64,000 bases of DNA. It comes from Pseudohongiella sp. (GTDB lineage Bacteria > Pseudomonadota > Gammaproteobacteria > Pseudomonadales > Pseudohongiellaceae). Positions 16,725-29,822 of the stretch are shown here, in pieces (position 1 is the first letter of the stretch; every line of letters begins with the position of its first letter). The notes below the pieces were generated by a model. The model was not told where the DNA came from and did no database searches. It saw nothing but the letters and a program-made list of their open reading frames with translations. A program made the translations under genes and the position numbers. The stretch lies in NCBI GenBank assembly GCA_036834885.1, contig DAITNA010000003.1:160774-224773 (forward strand). Direction: 5' to 3'.

Positions 16725-17846
16725 ATGAGGCCCATGAAAAATATGCATTCAAACTCTGACAATGACAGCTTGATGGCCCGCTTTCTGCTGCCGTTTCTGA
16801 TCGCCATGGTGGCTGCGCTGATCATGGTGCTGCCCATGCCGCAGGCGCTTGCCTTGCCGGTTGAGGGGCTGTACCAGGAGGAGATCAGCGTTGCCAACCA
16901 GGGTGATCAGGAACGTCGTCGGGCTTACCGCGAGGCCTTTGCCCGCGTCATCACCAAGGTCACTGGCGAGCGGCGCTGGCTTGAGCACAGCCAGATTGCG
17001 CCCGTTCTTAACAATGCTGACCGTTATGTGGCCGAGGTGGTGTATCAGTCGGCAACGGCAGGGGGGCAGGGTGGACAACTGGAAGTGCGTTTTGATCAGG
17101 CCCTGATTGATGACTTGCTGCACCGGGCCAATATTCCGGTCTGGGACAACAACCGGGCCAGTGTGCTGTTGTGGGTAACGGTTCAGGAAGCTGACGGGCG
17201 CCGTCTCATGCTGGGCTCCAGCAGCGAGCACCCCTTGCTGGAGCAGGCGCGGGCATTTGCCGATGAGCGGGCAGTGCCGGTGCTGGTCCCGCTGCTGGAT
17301 CTGGAGGACCGCCGGCTGGTCAGCCCGGATCAGGCGTGGACACTGAACACACCGGCCTTGCAGCAAGTGGCAGCACGTTATGACGCCGACAGTGTGTTGG
17401 CCGGACGCATACTGGTGACGCCGACGGGAGAGATGGTGGGTTTCTGGCAACTGATCTTTCGCAACGATGTGCAGACTTTCGATCACATCAGTCCGGTCGA
17501 CAGTTACATGAGCTTGCCGCTGGACACCATCACCTCACGCCTCGCGAGCCATTTTGGTCTGGTGCGCAGTGAAGTTGAAGGTGAAAACCGGATTAGCCTG
17601 CGCGTGGATGGTATCAACAGTTTGCAGAGCCACGTTCAGCTGATTCAGTATCTGGAAAGTCTGTCCGTGGTCCAGCATGTACAACTGCAAGCGCTGCGAC
17701 CGGATTCGCTGGAACTGACCTTGCAAGTGCTGGGTGCCCCACAAGTTCTGACCGAGTTTATTACGCTGGGCCGCGATCTTGAGCCGGTGAATTTTCAACC
17801 CGGTCAGGCGGTTGGCACGCAGTTGCATTATCGCTGGACGCGCTGA
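16725..17846 (+). CDS. DUF2066-family exported protein (start uncertain: 16725, 16743 or 16773)
   Basis: Signal-like MARFLLPFLIAMVAALIMVLPMPQALA, then LYQEEISVANQGDQERRRAYREAFARVITKVTG. The gene is divergent from purM and upstream of hda, as in Pseudomonas-type genomes. Confidence 0.6.
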   Translation: MRPMKNMHSNSDNDSLMARFLLPFLIAMVAALIMVLPMPQALALPVEGLYQEEISVANQGDQERRRAYREAFARVITKVTGERRWLEHSQIAPVLNNADRYVAEVVYQSATAGGQGGQLEVRFDQALIDDLLHRANIPVWDNNRASVLLWVTVQEADGRRLMLGSSSEHPLLEQARAFADERAVPVLVPLLDLEDRRLVSPDQAWTLNTPALQQVAARYDADSVLAGRILVTPTGEMVGFWQLIFRNDVQTFDHISPVDSYMSLPLDTITSRLASHFGLVRSEVEGENRISLRVDGINSLQSHVQLIQYLESLSVVQHVQLQALRPDSLELTLQVLGAPQVLTEFITLGRDLEPVNFQPGQAVGTQLHYRWTR

Positions 17847-18610
17847 TGGTGGGCAGCGGCATTCATCACACCCCGCGTCAGCTCGCCTTGAGGCTGAATC
17901 TGGATGACGAGGCCACCTTCGACAATTTTTATCCGGGTCCGCCCGAGTCCCGCAATCACACATTGCTGCATGTTCTGCGCGACCGGCTGATCGTTCGTGC
18001 GGCGTCTTCGCCCGCGGCGGGAGCTGGCACCGTTCTGCGCGATTTTGTCTGGCTCTGTGGAGCAACCGGTGCTGGCTGTTCACATCTGCTGCAAGCGGTT
18101 TGTCACAGCGCCAGCCAGCAAGGCTTGCAGGTGTTTTATCTGGATTTTTCACAGCAGCACGATCTCTCGCCCGAGGTCTTGCATGGTCTGGAGCATGTCT
18201 CGATATTATGCCTGGACGCGCTTGACCGGCTTGCCGGGCACAATGAGTGGGAGCTGGCGCTGTTTTCCCTCTACAACCGCATGGCAGAATTGCAGACCCC
18301 GCTATTGGCAGCTGCAAACGCCAGTCCGGCCCAGTTGCCATTTGTATTGCCGGATCTGAAGTCGCGTTTGCAGTCGGCAGCGGTGTTTGAACTCGATCTG
18401 CTCGACGATGACAACAAGGCCAGAGCCCTGCAGCTGCGTGCCCGTCGTCGTGGTTTTGAACTGTCGGACGAGGTCGCCGCTTATCTGGTGTCTCGCAGCG
18501 AGCGCAGCATGACAGCCCTGTTTGCCGTGCTGCAGCAACTGGATCAGCATTCGCTTGAAATGAAACGCCGGGTCACGGTTCCTTTATTAAAGTCCCTGAT
18601 GGGTTGGTAA
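17846..18610 (+). CDS. hda: DnaA regulatory inactivator Hda (254 aa)
   Basis: RQLALRLNLDDEATFDNFYPG...LCGATGAGCSHLLQAVCH...LDALDRLAGHNEWELALFSLYNR is the Hda/DnaA-related AAA+ pattern. The start overlaps the upstream stop (TGATG). Confidence 0.85.
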   Translation: MVGSGIHHTPRQLALRLNLDDEATFDNFYPGPPESRNHTLLHVLRDRLIVRAASSPAAGAGTVLRDFVWLCGATGAGCSHLLQAVCHSASQQGLQVFYLDFSQQHDLSPEVLHGLEHVSILCLDALDRLAGHNEWELALFSLYNRMAELQTPLLAAANASPAQLPFVLPDLKSRLQSAAVFELDLLDDDNKARALQLRARRRGFELSDEVAAYLVSRSERSMTALFAVLQQLDQHSLEMKRRVTVPLLKSLMGW

Positions 18611-18621
18611 AGCCTGTGTCC

Positions 18622-20017
<1,396 letters not shown>

Positions 20018-20018
20018 G

Positions 20019-21377
20019 TCAGGACGGCTCTTGATCGGTCGAGTGTTGCTGTTCCAGCAATTGGCGGAAGCTGATGTCTTTGCCGCTGTCTGTCCAGTGT
20101 TGGTCGACTTCAGCCAGCAGTGCATGGATCTGTGTTTGTTCAGGGGTCAGCACGCGTTGATTCAGTGGTGTGTTGCTGCGTTGACGCAATTGCATGCGAA
20201 GTGCACTGACTGAGCTGTCTTCCACGGAGTGATGCGGAAGATAACGCCTGGGTTGTTCGTCAGTGGCGCTGATGAAGGCAACATCAATCAATGTTTGCAA
20301 GGCAGATTCCAGCACCGGGGCGCTCAGCCGGGTATAGGCCTGCAGTTCGTCCAGTGACCAGGGATCCTGCTTCTGGCTGAAGCGTTTCACAATCAGGTAA
20401 GCCACGCTCAGGCTGACCTCTTCCTGCATTTCGAGACTGAGCTGAAGCGGTTTGCGACCGGTGCGGGTTTTGGACGGATACTGGTGATAAAACGCGACAC
20501 TGGAGCCGATCAGCAACATCAACCAGCCCAGATAGATAAACAGCATCAACAAAATGATGGCAAAAAATGCGGCGTAGATAATCGCGTTGGCCGAATTGAC
20601 GGCAATAAAATTCTGGAAAACCCAGGCCATGGTTTTCCACGCGATCATGGTGATCACGCCACCGAGAAACGCCGAGGAAAATCGTACACGGGTATTGGGA
20701 ATAAAAATGAAAGCCAGTGCAAACGCCAGTGACATGAATATGGCCGGCATCACAAAAGCAATTGCCTGCAAAATCCAGGCGCCAAAACTCAGTTGTGCCA
20801 GGAAGCTTACAAAAAAGGTGGAACTGACCGACGACGCGATACCGACAGAAATCAGGATCAGCAGCGGGCTGACCAGCACGGCAAACAGATACTCGCTGAT
20901 GCGGTTGGCCAGTGTACGCGGCTGGGTAATCGACCAGATGTAATTAAACGTCAATTCAATCTGCTGCATCATTGTAAGCACGGTGTAGAGCAGCACACCC
21001 AGACTGACCACGCTCAGCACATCCACCCGGACATTGTCGACAAAACTGACTACATTGCTGGTGATCTGATTGCTGTACTCGCCCATAAACGGCTGCAACA
21101 ATCCCAGCAAGGCCGGCTCCATGGCATTGTGTACACCCAGCCCCTTGAGCACGGCAAAGGTCAGTGCGAGCAGCGGAACAATCGCAATGACGGTGTAGTA
21201 CACCAGACTCATCGCGCGCAGGCTGACATGGCCCTCGGCGATATCACGCAGCACAGCCCAGGCAATCTGCAAGGCCCGGGTCAGGTGCCACTGCCAGCGG
21301 GCCGTGGTGTGATCCATCTCACGCCACAGCCAGCTTTCAATCAGAGTGATCAGGTCTTGCGCGGATCGAATGGACAT
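20019..21377 (-). CDS. yihY: YihY/BrkB-family inner membrane protein (452 aa)
   Basis: SLRAMSLVYYTVIAIVPLLALTFAVLKGLG, followed by multiple TM segments typical of the YihY family, plus a soluble C-terminal extension. Confidence 0.8.
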   Translation of the reverse strand: MSIRSAQDLITLIESWLWREMDHTTARWQWHLTRALQIAWAVLRDIAEGHVSLRAMSLVYYTVIAIVPLLALTFAVLKGLGVHNAMEPALLGLLQPFMGEYSNQITSNVVSFVDNVRVDVLSVVSLGVLLYTVLTMMQQIELTFNYIWSITQPRTLANRISEYLFAVLVSPLLILISVGIASSVSSTFFVSFLAQLSFGAWILQAIAFVMPAIFMSLAFALAFIFIPNTRVRFSSAFLGGVITMIAWKTMAWVFQNFIAVNSANAIIYAAFFAIILLMLFIYLGWLMLLIGSSVAFYHQYPSKTRTGRKPLQLSLEMQEEVSLSVAYLIVKRFSQKQDPWSLDELQAYTRLSAPVLESALQTLIDVAFISATDEQPRRYLPHHSVEDSSVSALRMQLRQRSNTPLNQRVLTPEQTQIHALLAEVDQHWTDSGKDISFRQLLEQQHSTDQEPS

Positions 21378-21400
21378 GCGCCTCCGTGTTCGCGTGGGTA

Positions 21401-23134
21401 TCAGGGGTTGATACGGGTCGCCAGAAAATCCATGATGGATGACAGCGACACCGTCTCGGCAGATTCTGCACGACGGAATTTGTATTCCAGTTCGTCATTT
21501 TCCAGACCGCGGTCCGAGACCACAATGCGGTGTGGAATGCCCATCAGTTCCATGTCGGCAAACTTCACGCCCGGGCTGGTCTTTTTGTCGCGATCATCCA
21601 GCAGCACTTCATACCCGGCGTTTTCCAGATCCGCCATGAGTTTTTCAGCGACCTCGGTGACACGCGGTGACTTGTGCGCATTCAGCGGGATGATGGCAAT
21701 ATGGAACGGCGCAATGGCATCAGGCCAGATAATACCGTTGGCGTCGTGGTTCTGTTCGATAGCTGAGGCGACAATGCGGCTGACGCCAATCCCGTAACAA
21801 CCCATGGTCATCAGCACAGAGCGGCCGTTTTCATCCAGCACGCTGGCATTCATGGCTTTGCTGTATTTGGTGCCCAACTGGAAAATATGCCCGACCTCAA
21901 TGCCCCGCTTGATCAGCAGTTCACCCTTGCCGTCCGGACTCAGGTCACCTTCCCTGACCTTGCGGATATCTGCCACGCTGTCAAAGCGGCAGTCACGATC
22001 CCAATTGGCATCGGCCAGGTGGAAACCGTCCTTGTTGGCACCACAAATAAAGTTGCGCATGGTCTCTGCGCTGCGGTCAACCACGACGGGGAAGGGCAAT
22101 TTCAACGGACCAAGGCAGCCGGGTTTGCAGCCGAGAATCTGTTCAATCTCGCTGTCGCTGGCAAAGGTCAGTGGACAAACAATGCCAGGAATTTTCTCCG
22201 CTTTGATGTCGTTGAGTTCCTGATCGCCTCTCAGTACCAGCCCCAGCAGCCCATGCGGGTTGCCGTCGGTCGCCTCGGCTTTGACAATCAGAATCTTGAT
22301 CAGGCGCGTGGCCGGGACAGCCAGCAGCGCTGCGACGTCCTCGATGCTGTGGGCATTGGCGGTAGCAACCTGCCTGGACGGCAACATGGCCGCAGAGCCG
22401 TCATCGAGATCGCGAATATGGCCATCGGCCAGTTCAATATTGGCGGCATAATCGCTACCGGAACTGAACACAATTTCGTCTTCACCCGAGTCAGCCAGCA
22501 CATGAAACTCATGCGAGGTACTGCCGCCGATGTTGCCCGTGTCGGCCAGCACTGCCCGGAAATCCAGTCCGAGACGACGGAAGATATTGCTGTAGGTCTC
22601 GTACATCAGATCGTAAGTTTTTTGCAAAGATGCTTCATCAATATGAAATGAGTAGGCATCCTTCATCAAAAACTCGCGAGCCCGCATCACACCAAAACGC
22701 GGACGGCGCTCGTCGCGGAACTTCATCTGGATCTGGTAGAAATTGGCTGGCAGCTGCTTGTAGCTGTTGAATTCGTTGCGGATCAGATCGGTGATCACTT
22801 CTTCGTGGGTTGGACCCAGGCAGAAAGGACGTTCGTGCCGGTCAACAAAACGCAGCAGCTCCGGCCCCATCTTGTCCCAGCGGCCGGATTCCTGCCAAAG
22901 TTCGGCGGACTGTACCACAGGCATGGACACTTCCATGGCGCCGGAGCGGTTCATCTCTTCACGCACAATCGCGGTCACTTTTTGCAGCACGCGCAAACCG
23001 GCCGGCAACCAGGTATACATGCCGCTGGCGAGTTTGCGGATCAGGCCAGCCCTGAGCATCAACTGGTGGCTGATGACTTCGGCGTCGGCAGGGGTTTCTC
23101 TCAGGGTGGCTATCAGGTATTGACTGGTGCGCAT
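21401..23134 (-). CDS. proS: Prolyl-tRNA synthetase (577 aa)
   Basis: [53 protein letters not shown]... This is the bacterial-type ProRS with an editing insertion. Confidence 0.95.
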   Translation of the reverse strand: MRTSQYLIATLRETPADAEVISHQLMLRAGLIRKLASGMYTWLPAGLRVLQKVTAIVREEMNRSGAMEVSMPVVQSAELWQESGRWDKMGPELLRFVDRHERPFCLGPTHEEVITDLIRNEFNSYKQLPANFYQIQMKFRDERRPRFGVMRAREFLMKDAYSFHIDEASLQKTYDLMYETYSNIFRRLGLDFRAVLADTGNIGGSTSHEFHVLADSGEDEIVFSSGSDYAANIELADGHIRDLDDGSAAMLPSRQVATANAHSIEDVAALLAVPATRLIKILIVKAEATDGNPHGLLGLVLRGDQELNDIKAEKIPGIVCPLTFASDSEIEQILGCKPGCLGPLKLPFPVVVDRSAETMRNFICGANKDGFHLADANWDRDCRFDSVADIRKVREGDLSPDGKGELLIKRGIEVGHIFQLGTKYSKAMNASVLDENGRSVLMTMGCYGIGVSRIVASAIEQNHDANGIIWPDAIAPFHIAIIPLNAHKSPRVTEVAEKLMADLENAGYEVLLDDRDKKTSPGVKFADMELMGIPHRIVVSDRGLENDELEYKFRRAESAETVSLSSIMDFLATRINP

Positions 23135-23324
23135 GCGAAATCCGGTGATATTGATGGTGTCAGGGGTTGATCGGGGTGGACATGACGCTGGATGTCAGCT
23201 CAGCGTATGTCGGACACAAATGCCCGCCACGGCGATGATCAGAAGGCGAGGACGGGCAGACGTTTAAAGGCTGCGATTTGACGTGCGGCTGCCGGTTTCG
23301 GGACAGCCGCACTACGGGCAAAGC

Positions 23325-23678
23325 TTACTGGGCAAACTCTTTCAGTTTTTTCAGGGGCAGAATTTTTACCTTGGTGCTGGCAGGTTTGGCTGCCACATCC
23401 ATCAGTTCGCCCGGACGGAACGGGTTGGGCACGCCCTTTTTGGCTTTTTGTGCCGGCTTTTTCACGGTTTTGATCTTCAGCAGACCTGGCAGGGTGAATT
23501 CACCCACGCCGCGCTTTTTGATGTGACGCTCGATAATGTCGCTCAATTCAGTCAGAACGGCATCGACCTGCTTTTTGCTGAGTTCGGTATTTGCTGCAAT
23601 TTCCGCAAGAATGGCTGTTTTGGTGTACTTTTCAGTAATCGCCGTGGTTTTTTTTGCTGTTGGTTTGGGAGCTGCCAT
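23325..23678 (-). CDS. HU/IHF-fold DNA-binding protein with Lys-rich N-terminal tail (117 aa)
   Basis: KTAILAEIAANTELSKKQVDAVLTELSDIIERHIKK...FTLPGLLKIKTVKKPAQKAKKGVPNPFRPGELMDVAAKPAS shows HU-like helices and a beta-arm with the conserved Pro. Confidence 0.7.
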   Translation of the reverse strand: MAAPKPTAKKTTAITEKYTKTAILAEIAANTELSKKQVDAVLTELSDIIERHIKKRGVGEFTLPGLLKIKTVKKPAQKAKKGVPNPFRPGELMDVAAKPASTKVKILPLKKLKEFAQ

Positions 23679-23967
23679 GCCGGTTCCTGTCTATGAAATG
23701 AGGTTGGTTTGATAAATGGCGCGCGGTAGACACATTAAACGCCGCGCAGGCCGCTATTTATAAAGGATTGGACTGGTCGTCGCAAGTGTCGGCAGCCATT
23801 GCGGACAAAGCAGCGCAAATCCGGCAAGACAGGTGATGATCCGCAGACAATTGAGGTATAATCCGCGGCCTTTCCGACAGCCGGCACTCACGCCGGTTGC
23901 GGTAACGTAAACTGACTGTGTCTGAACGTATTGATGTTTGCTCTGTATCCGGAGGTTTGAAGTCTGT

Positions 23968-24228
23968 ATGCCGATTTATGAGTATCAATGCAAAGAGTGT
24001 GGTCATCGTCTGGAGGCTATCCAGCGTTTCAGTGATGCAGCGCTGACACTGTGCCCTGCCTGTGACAAACCCGGTCTGGCCAAGCAGTTGTCTGCGCCCA
24101 GCTTTCGCCTGAAGGGCGGCGGCTGGTACGAAACTGATTTCAAGACTGGCAACAAGCGTCACGGCACACAGGATGGTGGCGGCAGCGCTGACAGCACATC
24201 GACCAGTACAGCGGCGGCCGGTGCCTGA
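23968..24228 (+). CDS. FmdB-family zinc-ribbon protein (86 aa)
   Basis: MPIYEYQCKECGHRLEAIQRFSDAALTLCPACDKPGLAKQLSAP has a CxxC...CxxC signature. The ATG at 23968 was chosen. Confidence 0.8.
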   Translation: MPIYEYQCKECGHRLEAIQRFSDAALTLCPACDKPGLAKQLSAPSFRLKGGGWYETDFKTGNKRHGTQDGGGSADSTSTSTAAAGA

Positions 24229-24287
24229 TCAGTCTGGCAACACAAATCTTCAACACATAACGACAGAGAGAGAAAACAGGACAGCGT

Positions 24288-26075
24288 ATGCGCAGCCATT
24301 ATTGCGGAGACTTGAACGAGCAGCTCAACGGTGAAACCGTCAGCCTGTGTGGCTGGGTACATCGTCGACGGGATCATGGCGGCGTCATTTTTGTGGATCT
24401 TCGTGACCGCGAAGGCCTGTGTCAGATTGTGTTTGATCCGGATCGTCCCGACAGTTTTGCGCAGGCCGAGACCCTGCGCAGTGAATTTGTGGTGCGCGTG
24501 ACCGGTCGTGTGCGTGCCCGCCCCGAAGGCACGGTGAATCCCGATATGCGCAGTGGCGCTATCGAAGTGCTGGCACTGGAGCTGGAGATTCTGGCGCAGG
24601 CCAAAACCCCGCCATTCCAGCTGGACGAACACGCCAACGTGGGTGAAGACATTCGCCTGCGGCACCGTTATATCGATCTGCGTCGTCCGGAGATGATCGA
24701 TCGACTGAAATTCCGCTCCAAGGTCTGCAACTCGATTCGCAACTTTCTGGACGACAACGGTTTTCTCGACATTGAAACACCGATTCTGACGCGCGCCACG
24801 CCTGAAGGTGCACGCGACTATCTGGTGCCCAGCCGTACTCACCCCGGCCAGTTTTTTGCACTGCCGCAATCTCCCCAGCTGTTCAAGCAGCTGTTGATGG
24901 TGGCGGGTATTGACCGGTATTACCAGATTGCCAAGTGCTTCCGTGACGAAGATCTGCGTGCTGACCGCCAGCCGGAATTTACCCAGATTGATATCGAGAC
25001 CTCCTTTCTGGATGAAGAAGGCATCATGGGCATTATGGAGCGCATGATTCGCGGCATTTTCCAGAAACATCTGGATGTGGATCTGGGGCAGTTCCCGCGC
25101 ATGACCTGGACCGAGGCCATGCGCCGTTTTGGTTCCGACAAGCCGGACCTGCGCAACCCGCTGGAGTTCACTGACATCGCTGACCTGATGAAAGATGTGG
25201 ACTTCAAAGTGTTCTCGGGCCCGGCCAACGACGCCGGCAGCCGTGTGATTGCTTTGCGTGTACCGGGCGGTGCGTCGTTGTCACGCAAGGAAATTGACGA
25301 TTACACCAAATTTGTGGGCATCTACGGTGCCAAAGGTCTGGCCTGGATCAAGGTCAATGATCTGGGTGCGGGACTTGACGGTTTGCAGTCGCCGATCATC
25401 AAGTTCATGCCGGAAGACGTGGTCAAAGCGGTGCTGGCGCGAGTCGAAGCCGCTACCGGCGATATCATTTTCTTTGGTGCGGACAAGTTTGGTCCGGTGT
25501 GCGAAGCCATTGGCGCGCTGCGCCTGAAAGTGGGCGCGGATCTGGGGATTACCCGATCCGGCTGGGCACCGTTGTGGGTCGTGGACTTCCCGATGTTCGA
25601 GCGTGACAAGGAAGGCAACCTGAACTCCTTGCACCACCCGTTTACTGCGCCGTCGTGCACACCGGAGGCACTGCGTTCCTCACCGGACAAGGCGCTGTCA
25701 CGTGCTTACGATATGGTGCTCAACGGCACCGAACTCGGTGGTGGCTCCATTCGTATCAATCGTCCGGACATGCAGCAGGCGGTGTTTGATCTGCTGGGTA
25801 TCGGTGAAGAGGAAGCGCAGGAGAAATTCGGCTTCCTGCTCAACGCGCTGGCCTCCGGTGCGCCGCCGCACGGCGGTCTGGCGTTTGGCCTGGATCGACT
25901 GATCATGCTGATGACCGGTGCCACGTCCATCCGTGATGTGATGGCGTTCCCGAAGACCCAGTCCGCGGCATGTCCGCTGACCGAAGCGCCGGGTCCGGTG
26001 TCCAGCAAACAGCTGCGAGAGCTGAACATTCGTCTGCGCGAGCAGGCGACCACCGGCGAGACGCCAGCAGCCTGA
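24288..26075 (+). CDS. aspS: Aspartyl-tRNA synthetase (595 aa)
   Basis: [43 protein letters not shown]...[20 protein letters not shown]...GGGSIRI are class IIb motifs. Confidence 0.95.
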   Translation: MRSHYCGDLNEQLNGETVSLCGWVHRRRDHGGVIFVDLRDREGLCQIVFDPDRPDSFAQAETLRSEFVVRVTGRVRARPEGTVNPDMRSGAIEVLALELEILAQAKTPPFQLDEHANVGEDIRLRHRYIDLRRPEMIDRLKFRSKVCNSIRNFLDDNGFLDIETPILTRATPEGARDYLVPSRTHPGQFFALPQSPQLFKQLLMVAGIDRYYQIAKCFRDEDLRADRQPEFTQIDIETSFLDEEGIMGIMERMIRGIFQKHLDVDLGQFPRMTWTEAMRRFGSDKPDLRNPLEFTDIADLMKDVDFKVFSGPANDAGSRVIALRVPGGASLSRKEIDDYTKFVGIYGAKGLAWIKVNDLGAGLDGLQSPIIKFMPEDVVKAVLARVEAATGDIIFFGADKFGPVCEAIGALRLKVGADLGITRSGWAPLWVVDFPMFERDKEGNLNSLHHPFTAPSCTPEALRSSPDKALSRAYDMVLNGTELGGGSIRINRPDMQQAVFDLLGIGEEEAQEKFGFLLNALASGAPPHGGLAFGLDRLIMLMTGATSIRDVMAFPKTQSAACPLTEAPGPVSSKQLRELNIRLREQATTGETPAA

Positions 26076-26115
26076 TCCGGTTGACTGGCTCCCTGCCGAT
26101 TGAGCGAGGGCATGT

Positions 26116-26637
26116 GTGACGCTGATTCTGGGTATTGATCCGGGTTCCCGGGCGACCGGCTACGGCATCATCGAGTCAGTCGGCAACAAGCTGCACTATG
26201 TAGACTGCGGATGTATCCGCCCGACACCGGGTGAGCATCCGCAGCGTCTTCGCGACATCTTCAAGGCCCTGTCGGGCATTATCGAACAGTACAGTCCCCA
26301 GGAGTGCGCCATCGAGGAAGTGTTTCTCGGTAAAAGTGTCTCGTCAGCACTCAAGCTGGGGCAGGCACGCGGTGCCGCCATGGTGGCCTGCCTGCAATAT
26401 GACCTGCCACTGGCCGAATATCCGGCGCGCACGGTGAAACAGGCCGTGACGGGTTCAGGGGCAGCCGATAAACTGCAGGTGCAACATATGATTCGGGTAC
26501 TGCTCGGACTCAAAGGGGAACTGCAGGCGGATGCAGCCGATGCGCTGGCCATTGCTGTCTGTCACGCCAACAGCCGTCAGAGCCTGATCAGGGTAGCGGC
26601 CGCGACACGTTACAGCGGGCGTCGCTATCGCCAGTAA
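26116..26637 (+). CDS. ruvC: Holliday junction resolvase RuvC (173 aa, GTG start)
   Basis: LILGIDPGSRATGYGIIE...EVFLGKSVSSALKLGQARG...DAADALAIAVCH. Confidence 0.93.
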   Translation: MTLILGIDPGSRATGYGIIESVGNKLHYVDCGCIRPTPGEHPQRLRDIFKALSGIIEQYSPQECAIEEVFLGKSVSSALKLGQARGAAMVACLQYDLPLAEYPARTVKQAVTGSGAADKLQVQHMIRVLLGLKGELQADAADALAIAVCHANSRQSLIRVAAATRYSGRRYRQ

Positions 26638-26676
26638 ACCAGCCATGATCACAGCACAGCAAAAAGGGAGACACAG

Positions 26677-27285
26677 GTGATTGGTCGTTTGAAGGGAACA
26701 TTGCTGGAAAAAAAGGCACCGGACCTGTTGCTGGATGTTAATGGTGTGGGTTACGAGCTGCTGGCACCGATGAGCACCTTTTATCAGTTGCCGGCGGTGG
26801 GGCAGGGCATTGTGCTGTTCACCCATCTGGTGGTGCGTGAAGATGCCCATCAACTGTTTGCGTTTTACGAGGAACAGGAGCGCGCACTGTTTCGTGCGCT
26901 GATCAAGGTCAACGGAGTTGGGCCCAAGGTCGCGCTGGCGATTTTATCCGGAGTGCCAGCCGAAGAATTTGTTCGACTGGTGCAGAATAATGATGTGACA
27001 GCGCTGACAAAAATTCCGGGCATTGGCAAAAAAACCGCCGAGCGCCTGGTGCTGGATTTGCGCGACAAACTGGCTGCATGGCAGGGTGTCGCGCGCACTG
27101 AACAGGTGCAGGTGTTGCCGGAATCGGCCGACAAGGGCCTCAGTGAAGATGCCGAAACAGCCTTGATCGCGCTGGGCTACAAGCCGCAAGATGCGGCAAA
27201 AATGGTGATGCGTGTGTTGCGTGACAAACCGGATATCGCGCGTAGCGAGGAAATCATCCGGCTGGCACTGCGTGCGATGATCTGA
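26677..27285 (+). CDS. ruvA: Holliday junction helicase subunit RuvA (202 aa, GTG start)
   Basis: [28 protein letters not shown]...[18 protein letters not shown]...[15 protein letters not shown]. Confidence 0.93.
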   Translation: MIGRLKGTLLEKKAPDLLLDVNGVGYELLAPMSTFYQLPAVGQGIVLFTHLVVREDAHQLFAFYEEQERALFRALIKVNGVGPKVALAILSGVPAEEFVRLVQNNDVTALTKIPGIGKKTAERLVLDLRDKLAAWQGVARTEQVQVLPESADKGLSEDAETALIALGYKPQDAAKMVMRVLRDKPDIARSEEIIRLALRAMI

Positions 27286-27320
27286 TTGGGCAGAATGACG
27301 GGATAGCAGGGCAAAATTCA

Positions 27321-28346
27321 ATGGCTGACTACGATCGCAATCCACAGGAACGACTGATTTCGCCCGGACTGGCGCCTATGGAACAGTCGGTTGACCGGGC
27401 CATACGCCCGCTCAGGTTGCAGGACTATATCGGTCAGACCGACGTGAAAAGCCAGATGGAAATTTTTATCCGTGCCGCCCGGCAGCGTTCCGAACCGCTG
27501 GATCATACGCTGGTTTTTGGACCGCCGGGTCTGGGAAAAACCACGCTCGCCAATATCATTGCCAACGAGCTCGGTGTTGCCATCAAGACAACCTCCGGGC
27601 CGGTATTGGAAAAAGCGGGTGATCTGGCTGCCTTGCTGACCAATCTGGAGCACGGAGATGTGTTGTTTATAGACGAGATCCACCGGCTCAATCCGGCCAT
27701 CGAGGAAATCCTCTACCCTGCGATGGAGGATTATCAGTTGGACATCATGATTGGTGAGGGGCCGGCGGCGCGCTCAATCAAACTGGATCTGCCGCCATTT
27801 ACGCTGGTGGGTGCCACTACCCGGGCGGGGCTGTTGACCTCGCCGCTGCGCGACCGGTTCGGCATCATCCAGCGCCTTGAGTTTTATACCGCCGAGCAGT
27901 TGTGTGACATCGTGGTGCGTTCGGCCGGCATTCTCGGTTGTGCAATCGACAGGGAAGGTGCCTTCGAAATTGCACGCCGCTCGCGCGGCACACCCAGGAT
28001 AGCCAACCGTTTGCTGCGGCGTGTTCGTGATTTCAGTGACGTCAAACACGACGGCTCCATTACGCTGGACACCGCCAGTCGGGCACTGGACATGCTCAGT
28101 ATCGACAATAATGGCTTTGACCATATGGACAGGCGCTTGTTGCTGACCATGATCGAGAAGTTCGGTGGTGGCCCGGTGGGTGTTGACAGTCTGGCAGCCG
28201 CCATCAGCGAGGAGCGCGATACCATTGAAGACGTGCTTGAACCCTACCTTATCCAGCAGGGTTTTATCATGCGAACATCCCGCGGTCGCATGGTGACACC
28301 TCATGCCTATCTCCAGTTTGGACTGACTGCCCCCGTGGTGGAATAA
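27321..28346 (+). CDS. ruvB: Holliday junction helicase subunit RuvB (341 aa)
   Basis: [13 protein letters not shown]...[15 protein letters not shown]...[10 protein letters not shown]...[18 protein letters not shown]. Confidence 0.95.
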   Translation: MADYDRNPQERLISPGLAPMEQSVDRAIRPLRLQDYIGQTDVKSQMEIFIRAARQRSEPLDHTLVFGPPGLGKTTLANIIANELGVAIKTTSGPVLEKAGDLAALLTNLEHGDVLFIDEIHRLNPAIEEILYPAMEDYQLDIMIGEGPAARSIKLDLPPFTLVGATTRAGLLTSPLRDRFGIIQRLEFYTAEQLCDIVVRSAGILGCAIDREGAFEIARRSRGTPRIANRLLRRVRDFSDVKHDGSITLDTASRALDMLSIDNNGFDHMDRRLLLTMIEKFGGGPVGVDSLAAAISEERDTIEDVLEPYLIQQGFIMRTSRGRMVTPHAYLQFGLTAPVVE

Positions 28347-28588
28347 ATCCGGTTTTCATCCGTGTATTTCAGCAGGTGAACCGCGCTGCACAGTTTGTGA
28401 AAGCTGATCATAATTTGGCCATATTTTGTCAGTCTAATGTCACCTGCCAGAGTATTATAAGTATTTAATTTAGCTTATAATGCCGCCAATTTTTGCGCCT
28501 TGCGACAGCGGCGGGCGGTCAGTACATGGGTTTGATGCCGGAAGGCATGATGTTTACCCGTGCGTGTGTTCGATAAAGGGAGTCTCTT

Positions 28589-29287
28589 GTGCACAGCGGT
28601 TCAATAAATGTCTGGTCGTTAATTCTTGAAGCAACACTGGTTGTGCAGCTGGTCATGCTGACGTTGTTGCTGGCATCGGTGGTCTCCTGGGTGATGATTA
28701 TCCAGCGCTGGATGGTGCTGACCAGTGCCGAGCAGGGCATGGCCAGCTTTGAAAAGCGCTTCTGGTCCGGTATGGACCTGAGTCAGCTCTATCGGGAAGG
28801 CAGCGACCAGCAAAAGGCCAACAAGCCGACAGGTGGTATGGAGAACATCTTCCGGGCCGGATTCAAGGAATTCATGCGACTGCGCCAGCAAGGCGGTGTG
28901 AATGCGGAATCGGTGATGGCGGGTGCCCAGCGTGCGATGCGGGTGGCCTACTCTCGTGAGGAAGAAAAACTCGAGAAACATCTGCCCTTTCTGGCAACCG
29001 TTGGCTCGGTGACACCGTATATCGGACTGTTTGGTACGGTGATCGGTATCATGAATTCCTTTATCAGCCTGTCTGAACAGGCGCAGGCCTCGCTACAGGT
29101 GGTTGCACCGGGTATCGCCGAGGCGCTGATCGCAACAGCCATGGGGCTGTTTGCGGCCATTCCGGCTGTGGTTGCCTACAACCGCTACTCATCCAAGGTT
29201 GAAGTTTTGACCAACAACTACATTACGTTCACGGAAGAATTCGCCGGCATCCTGCATCGACAGGTTGTCAGTGCGCCCAAGCAATGA
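28589..29287 (+). CDS. tolQ: Tol-Pal system protein TolQ (232 aa, GTG start)
   Basis: MotA/TolQ/ExbB pattern: LLLASVVSWVMIIQR...LATVGSVTPYIGLFGTVIGIMNSF...GIAEALIATAMGLFAAIPAVVAYN. GGGAG RBS is present. Confidence 0.9.
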   Translation: MHSGSINVWSLILEATLVVQLVMLTLLLASVVSWVMIIQRWMVLTSAEQGMASFEKRFWSGMDLSQLYREGSDQQKANKPTGGMENIFRAGFKEFMRLRQQGGVNAESVMAGAQRAMRVAYSREEEKLEKHLPFLATVGSVTPYIGLFGTVIGIMNSFISLSEQAQASLQVVAPGIAEALIATAMGLFAAIPAVVAYNRYSSKVEVLTNNYITFTEEFAGILHRQVVSAPKQ

Positions 29288-29382
29288 GTCGCCTGCCCGT
29301 CAGATTGAGGGCAGTGGTGTGCGGTCCGTAGTGTGCAGGCAGTCAGGTACGATCAGTCGAATATAGTGTGCGGGCAGAACCG

Positions 29383-29817
29383 ATGGATATCATCCGAAAG
29401 AAGCGAAAACCGGTAGCAGAGATCAATGTGGTTCCCTACATTGACGTGATGCTGGTATTGCTGATTGTTTTTATGGTGACGGCACCCCTGCTGACCCAGG
29501 GTTTGCGTGTGGATTTGCCACAAGCCTCATCCGAGCCGCTGGAAGTGGATGAAAATGCTGAAACACTGGTCATCGAGCTGACAGCGGACAACGAATTTTT
29601 TATCAGTCTGGGTGTGACCTCACAAGACGACCAGACGCCTGTGCCGCTGGAAACCATCGGGCAGCAAGTGGCGAGCATCGTTGAGGTCAACCCCACGATT
29701 CAGATTTTTGTGGAAGGCGATGCCCGAGCCAGTTACGGCCCGTTCATCAGTTTGATGGAAGCGTTGCGTGTAGCGGGTGTTGAAAGCCCGAATCTGGTAA
29801 CCAAACCACTGGAATAA
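29383..29817 (+). CDS. tolR: Tol-Pal system protein TolR (144 aa)
   Basis: KRKPVAEINVVPYIDVMLVLLIVFMVTAPLL is the ExbD/TolR signature. The ATG at 29383 was chosen. Confidence 0.9.
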   Translation: MDIIRKKRKPVAEINVVPYIDVMLVLLIVFMVTAPLLTQGLRVDLPQASSEPLEVDENAETLVIELTADNEFFISLGVTSQDDQTPVPLETIGQQVASIVEVNPTIQIFVEGDARASYGPFISLMEALRVAGVESPNLVTKPLE

Positions 29818-29822
29818 ATGGC

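Noticed and set aside
24159-25070. A 303-aa minus-strand ORF.
   Set aside because: It is antisense to aspS, which has class II synthetase motifs in the + frame. There is no motif or RBS support.
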